Positions 31,642-64,000 of a DNA stretch of 64,000 bases are shown in pieces. A program made the translations under genes and the position numbers. The first letter of the stretch is position 1. Every line of letters begins with the position of its first letter. Source of the DNA: the human T2T-CHM13v2.0 reference genome, Homo sapiens; NCBI RefSeq assembly GCF_009914755.1, contig NC_060931.1; one strand, written 5' to 3'. The notes under the pieces were generated by a model. It was not told the DNA's origin and did no database searches. It worked only from the letters and a program-made list of their open reading frames with translations.

Positions 31642-32497
31642 CCCCACTCTTTAATGTTAAACAGATTTCAGGACTTTTTGAACCACAAGCCATTGACTGG
31701 ATGTGCAATGCAAAGTAAGCTAAGCGTCCCATGTTCCCATTTATTTGAAGAGATAAAAAGTTAATTAGAATGTAGAGATAATATCTAATAGCAGGAAAAT
31801 TTGTTTTTTTTTCTTAAGGTTTAAACATTCTCATTTGTACATACATAGTTCAACTGGAAAAATCTTATTCTTTACTATTTCTGATTTTCTTCCTTTCGTG
31901 GATCTCAAAACTCACGAGCTTACATCACTTGAACCTTTCTCTGGGCTTTTCAGTTGTTTCACTAACAAAATGGACCATAGTGGCTATTCATCAAAGTTCA
32001 CTATATCTGTGGTATCACCATCCCTGTGTACGAATCCTGGGATCTAGAGTGTCCCATCATCACAGCATGGCAACCACTGCCTCAACTCACAGTACTCTAG
32101 AAACCCAGAGTGGTTTATTAAAGACAGCCCCACTGGAAACTGCCTAGGTTATATTGCTTGGGTGGACCCCCTGGATTAGAGAAATGTGTGAGCCAGAATG
32201 CCTGCCATTATGCTTTTCATGGAGCCAAGCACACTGTTGTTGATTAATAAATAATGGGTTGTTTATCTTGGAATTGTTTTCATTGGCAGATGCCCTGAAA
32301 GATTCAAAGGCTGTCTGTAAATGGAGAATGCCTTTATTGTTTATTCAGTGCCTGCCTGCTTTTCTATTCAGTGTGAGGGTATTTTGGGAAAATTTCTTAC
32401 ATATCAAACCACAAGTAAAATTTAGGGAGTTTTATCCTCAGATTTTCAAATAGGGCATTTAACTATGACCTCTTTTCAGATGCCTCTGATGATTTGG

Positions 32498-32518
32498 GTG
32501 TGTGTGTGTGTGTGTGTC

Positions 32519-32560
<42 letters not shown>

Positions 32561-32569
32561 TTTGTGTGT
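32498..32569. repeat. Compound (GT)n microsatellite with CTTT interruptions
   Basis: Direct reading. Confidence 0.95.
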
Positions 32570-33859
32570 CTGGAGAGGGAAAGAGGTAAAGGGAGAGATG
32601 AGGCCCAGAAGTTGACCATCAGTTGTATCAGTCAGAAATAGCTTAAATAAATTCAAGTACATTTCTGGTTGGTTGATTTTGTGTATAGCACAAGCTAGCT
32701 TCTGAGAATTCAAATACAAACATGTGCAAAGTGAGAGGCAGCAGGAATCACATGCAGAGTGGGTAAGGAGAGGTTGACAAAGGAGGTAAGTTCGATGCTT
32801 AATAAAAAATCACCAGGGTGGCAAGACCAGAGCAAATTGCATTTTGGCAGGGGAAACAGTGTTTGAAGATGTGTGGCATGAGCAGCAGTGGGTGTTCCTG
32901 GAACTGTAAGTTGTTCAGTAATGCTGAACATGAAACTCTGTAGGAATGGCCCAGGGAAAATGGGAATATGGAGCCTAAAATGAAATGAAAATATAGTGAA
33001 AATCCTGGGCCCGGTGTCTCAAACAGTCATAAATTCCTCCAGGATATTGTAGTATTGGCCAAAGAGTATGTGAAGCCAAATGATAGACTTGTCATATCTT
33101 CCATGTCTTGTGTCCTTTGCTCAGATGTTCTCAATACCCAGCAATCAAGGGAGGGGAGCCTGACAAATAATTGATCTAATTTGGTATAAAGATAGCAGCT
33201 ATTGTTAAGTGGAAAGGGTATTTAAGAAGGGCCTGATTTTGTAAACTGTCATTTCCTTAGTAGTATTTTCATGTTAGGGTAGCATAGCACTAGGAACTCA
33301 AATCTTGAGGAGAGCCTGCATGTATACAGAGTGAAGGAGAGTTCTGAGAATGGCTCCTGGCCTTATGGCTTGCATAACAATGAAGATGAAAAAACACTTT
33401 TTATTTTATTTTTGTCCAGCACAACACTGAACCCTCAGTGCTAGCAAGTCATGTTAGTTCTGTATTAGGTTTTTAATAATGGTGATCGAACACATATTCC
33501 ATGAGACATAGCTGTTTGAACATCTGATATTTTAAAATAGTTTTTCATGTGGCTTCTTGGTGCCACTGCTGCCTATTTCACAAGAGCCACAGGTTAAAAT
33601 TAAGATAATTGGTCAGGCAGTTAAAACATCTTCCAATGGAGAGCAGAGTCTTAAATAAAACTAATTTATACAGGTTTAATTTAACTTAGAGAAGACTGAA
33701 TTTTTTAATGCTTTGGAGAATACACACAAACAACAGTAGAAGCATGTTTTTTTATTTGAGTTGATTGACTTTAAGTATATGAAATAATAGGTAGAGCAGA
33801 CTTATTTCCCAGAACTTTTCTGTGTGTTTAGAAACCGATGAAGCTCATTTTATTTATTT

Positions 33860-34117
33860 GTTTTAAAGTAAATTTTAAATGCATACAACATGATATTACA
33901 AAATATATGTATCAAAATGGTTACCATATTGGGACAAATGAACATATACATCATTTCATGTAATTACCTGTTTGTCCCCTGTGGCTAGAACAGCTGTCAT
34001 CTACTCATTTAGCAAAATCCTGACTCCATACAGTATTATTACTGTACAACTACAGTTCTCATGTTGTATGTTAGATCTTTATACTTATTCATCCTACATA
34101 TTTGCTGCCTTGTATCT
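33860..34117 (-). mobile_element. L1MA 3' end fragment
   Basis: Same L1MA 3' motifs as 42125-42515. Confidence 0.65.
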
Positions 34118-34154
34118 CATTTTAGTATAAAACAAAATTCAGCTCTAAGAGGTA

Positions 34155-34204
34155 GACACACAGAGAGAGACTGGGTGTGTGTGTGTGTGTGTGTGTTTGT
34201 GTGT
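34155..34204. repeat. (GT)n microsatellite ~65 nt upstream of the exon 2 acceptor
   Basis: Direct reading. Confidence 0.9.
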
Positions 34205-34269
34205 TGGGAGTTGAATATACTTAAGTGATTATGATGAAATTAGAAACCTTTTATGTTTTATATTTTTAG

Positions 34270-62832
<28,563 letters not shown>

Positions 62833-63257
62833 GTTTTGCAGTTCATGGTAAAATGCATTTTCAAACCAAATGAGTACTTATATATGGATCTCTGTAGACT
62901 AGAGTCTTGCAGCAACACAGAATGTAATATAAGGCAAATGCATCTGGGACTTGACCAAAGTTGTTCTGTTTTGTTTTTTTAACTGAAAGTAACAGAAGGA
63001 CCTTTCTTAAATGTGACAGATGGTCCTGCAGTGTGAAACTGAAGGACAGTGTTAAAGCTGGGCTCTAGTATATTGATGATTTCTGCATAAGTGTAAATAT
63101 GCAAATGTATGTATACATGTATTTATGACTTTAGTTTTCGACATTATTTTTAGGTTTTAAGAGTGGCAACTTAGGATTTTAGGGTGATGGCTTTGGAAAT
63201 AACATAAATATACCTTGTACTGAATGACAGACTATTACTACGTTTGCCAGTTTTAAA

Positions 63258-63265
63258 CAGCTTTA
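63258..63265 (+). promoter_or_regulatory. miR-320 family 8mer seed site (CAGCTTTA)
   Basis: Complementary to miR-320 nt 2-8 (AAAGCUG) plus A1. Confidence 0.5.
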
Positions 63266-63355
63266 TTTATGTTCATGTCCTGTAAATTTTTAAGTACAGT
63301 AATTAATATTAGGAAACATTACAGCCCTTATCTAGATTATATGTATACTTGTATT

Positions 63356-63361
63356 AATAAA
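63356..63361 (+). terminator. Candidate polyadenylation signal AATAAA
   Basis: AATAAA with U/GU-rich downstream sequence; usage not verifiable from sequence. Confidence 0.4.
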
Positions 63362-63518
63362 AATGTTATTTGTACAAACATTGCACAGACTATTTTAATA
63401 ACATGATTTGTTCTTTAAATTTTATGTGTTTTATTGAAATGTTCTTAAGATGAATACACCTGCCTTTGGATCAACTATTTAAACATTGTATGCATTTTGA
63501 TTTTTCCTACTTTAAGAA

Positions 63519-63524
63519 AATAAA
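63519..63524 (+). terminator. Candidate polyadenylation signal AATAAA
   Basis: Second AATAAA in the 3' UTR. Confidence 0.35.
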
Positions 63525-64000
63525 ATAATTTAATTTTACATTAGATTCCACGTTAGATTTGGTTTGAAAAACTAAAATTTCAGATTTCTGAGGATATACT
63601 GTCTTAGACTTATTGTACACACTTAGTTTTTATTCACTTGTTTTCACTCTGAATTTTAATATTTGGCTGATATGAATGCATTGCCTCAAAGGTGATGTCA
63701 TCTTAATTTTTATTCACTTTAAATAACTACATTTTTGTTTATAACTAAGTTTGGAGGGATCCTAAGAGCATTTTTGTGGGTAAAAAAAAAACCTGTGGAC
63801 ATAATGAATTTTGAGACATTGATTGGTGAGGCTTTTATTTCCCTTGAGGAGTCTCTTGTACCTAGCATACATGATAGCTCCTTGTTGGGAAGATAACAAG
63901 AAGGATCTTTGAATACTCTATTGCTGATATAATGCAAGATTTAAATTTATACATATAACTAATTTCAAATGTAATTATCACACTATGTTAAAATTACTTT

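Larger units (their letters stand above)
62833..64000 (+). other. GNAI1: GNAI1 3' UTR (proximal part; probably extends beyond the window)
   Basis: AU-rich sequence with no recognisable interspersed repeats, immediately after the stop codon. Confidence 0.8.

Overview
Primate (very likely human, 7q21) genomic DNA containing most of GNAI1 (G protein alpha i1) on the + strand. Exon 1 lies upstream of the window and bases 1-34269 are intron 1. Coding exons 2-8 run from 34270 to the TAA at 62832, followed by the proximal 3' UTR. The exon lengths (43, 142, 158, 129, 130, 154, 191 nt) splice into an intact Gαi1 G40-F354 ending DCGLF. The rest is intronic and dense in transposon relics: 16 Alus, old L1 fragments, MaLR/ERV1 solo LTRs, and a near full-length Tigger1 nested in a Charlie hAT element. 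Repeat family names and boundaries are from recalled consensus motifs and are approximate. I found no new multi-gene system. The most unusual item is a 68-bp, 94%-identical copy of exon 8 coding sequence in intron 7 (61732-61799). It is flanked by iterated repeats and a hairpin typical of templated repair, encodes the known fast-exchange substitution A326S, and sits in a stop-free 99-nt AG...GT interval in frame with exons 7 and 8. Other points are a GC-AG intron 6, an orphan L1 RT fragment without poly(A)/TSD, a twin-primed L1, a tightly spaced inverted Alu pair and a fold-back repeat cluster before the exon 8 acceptor.
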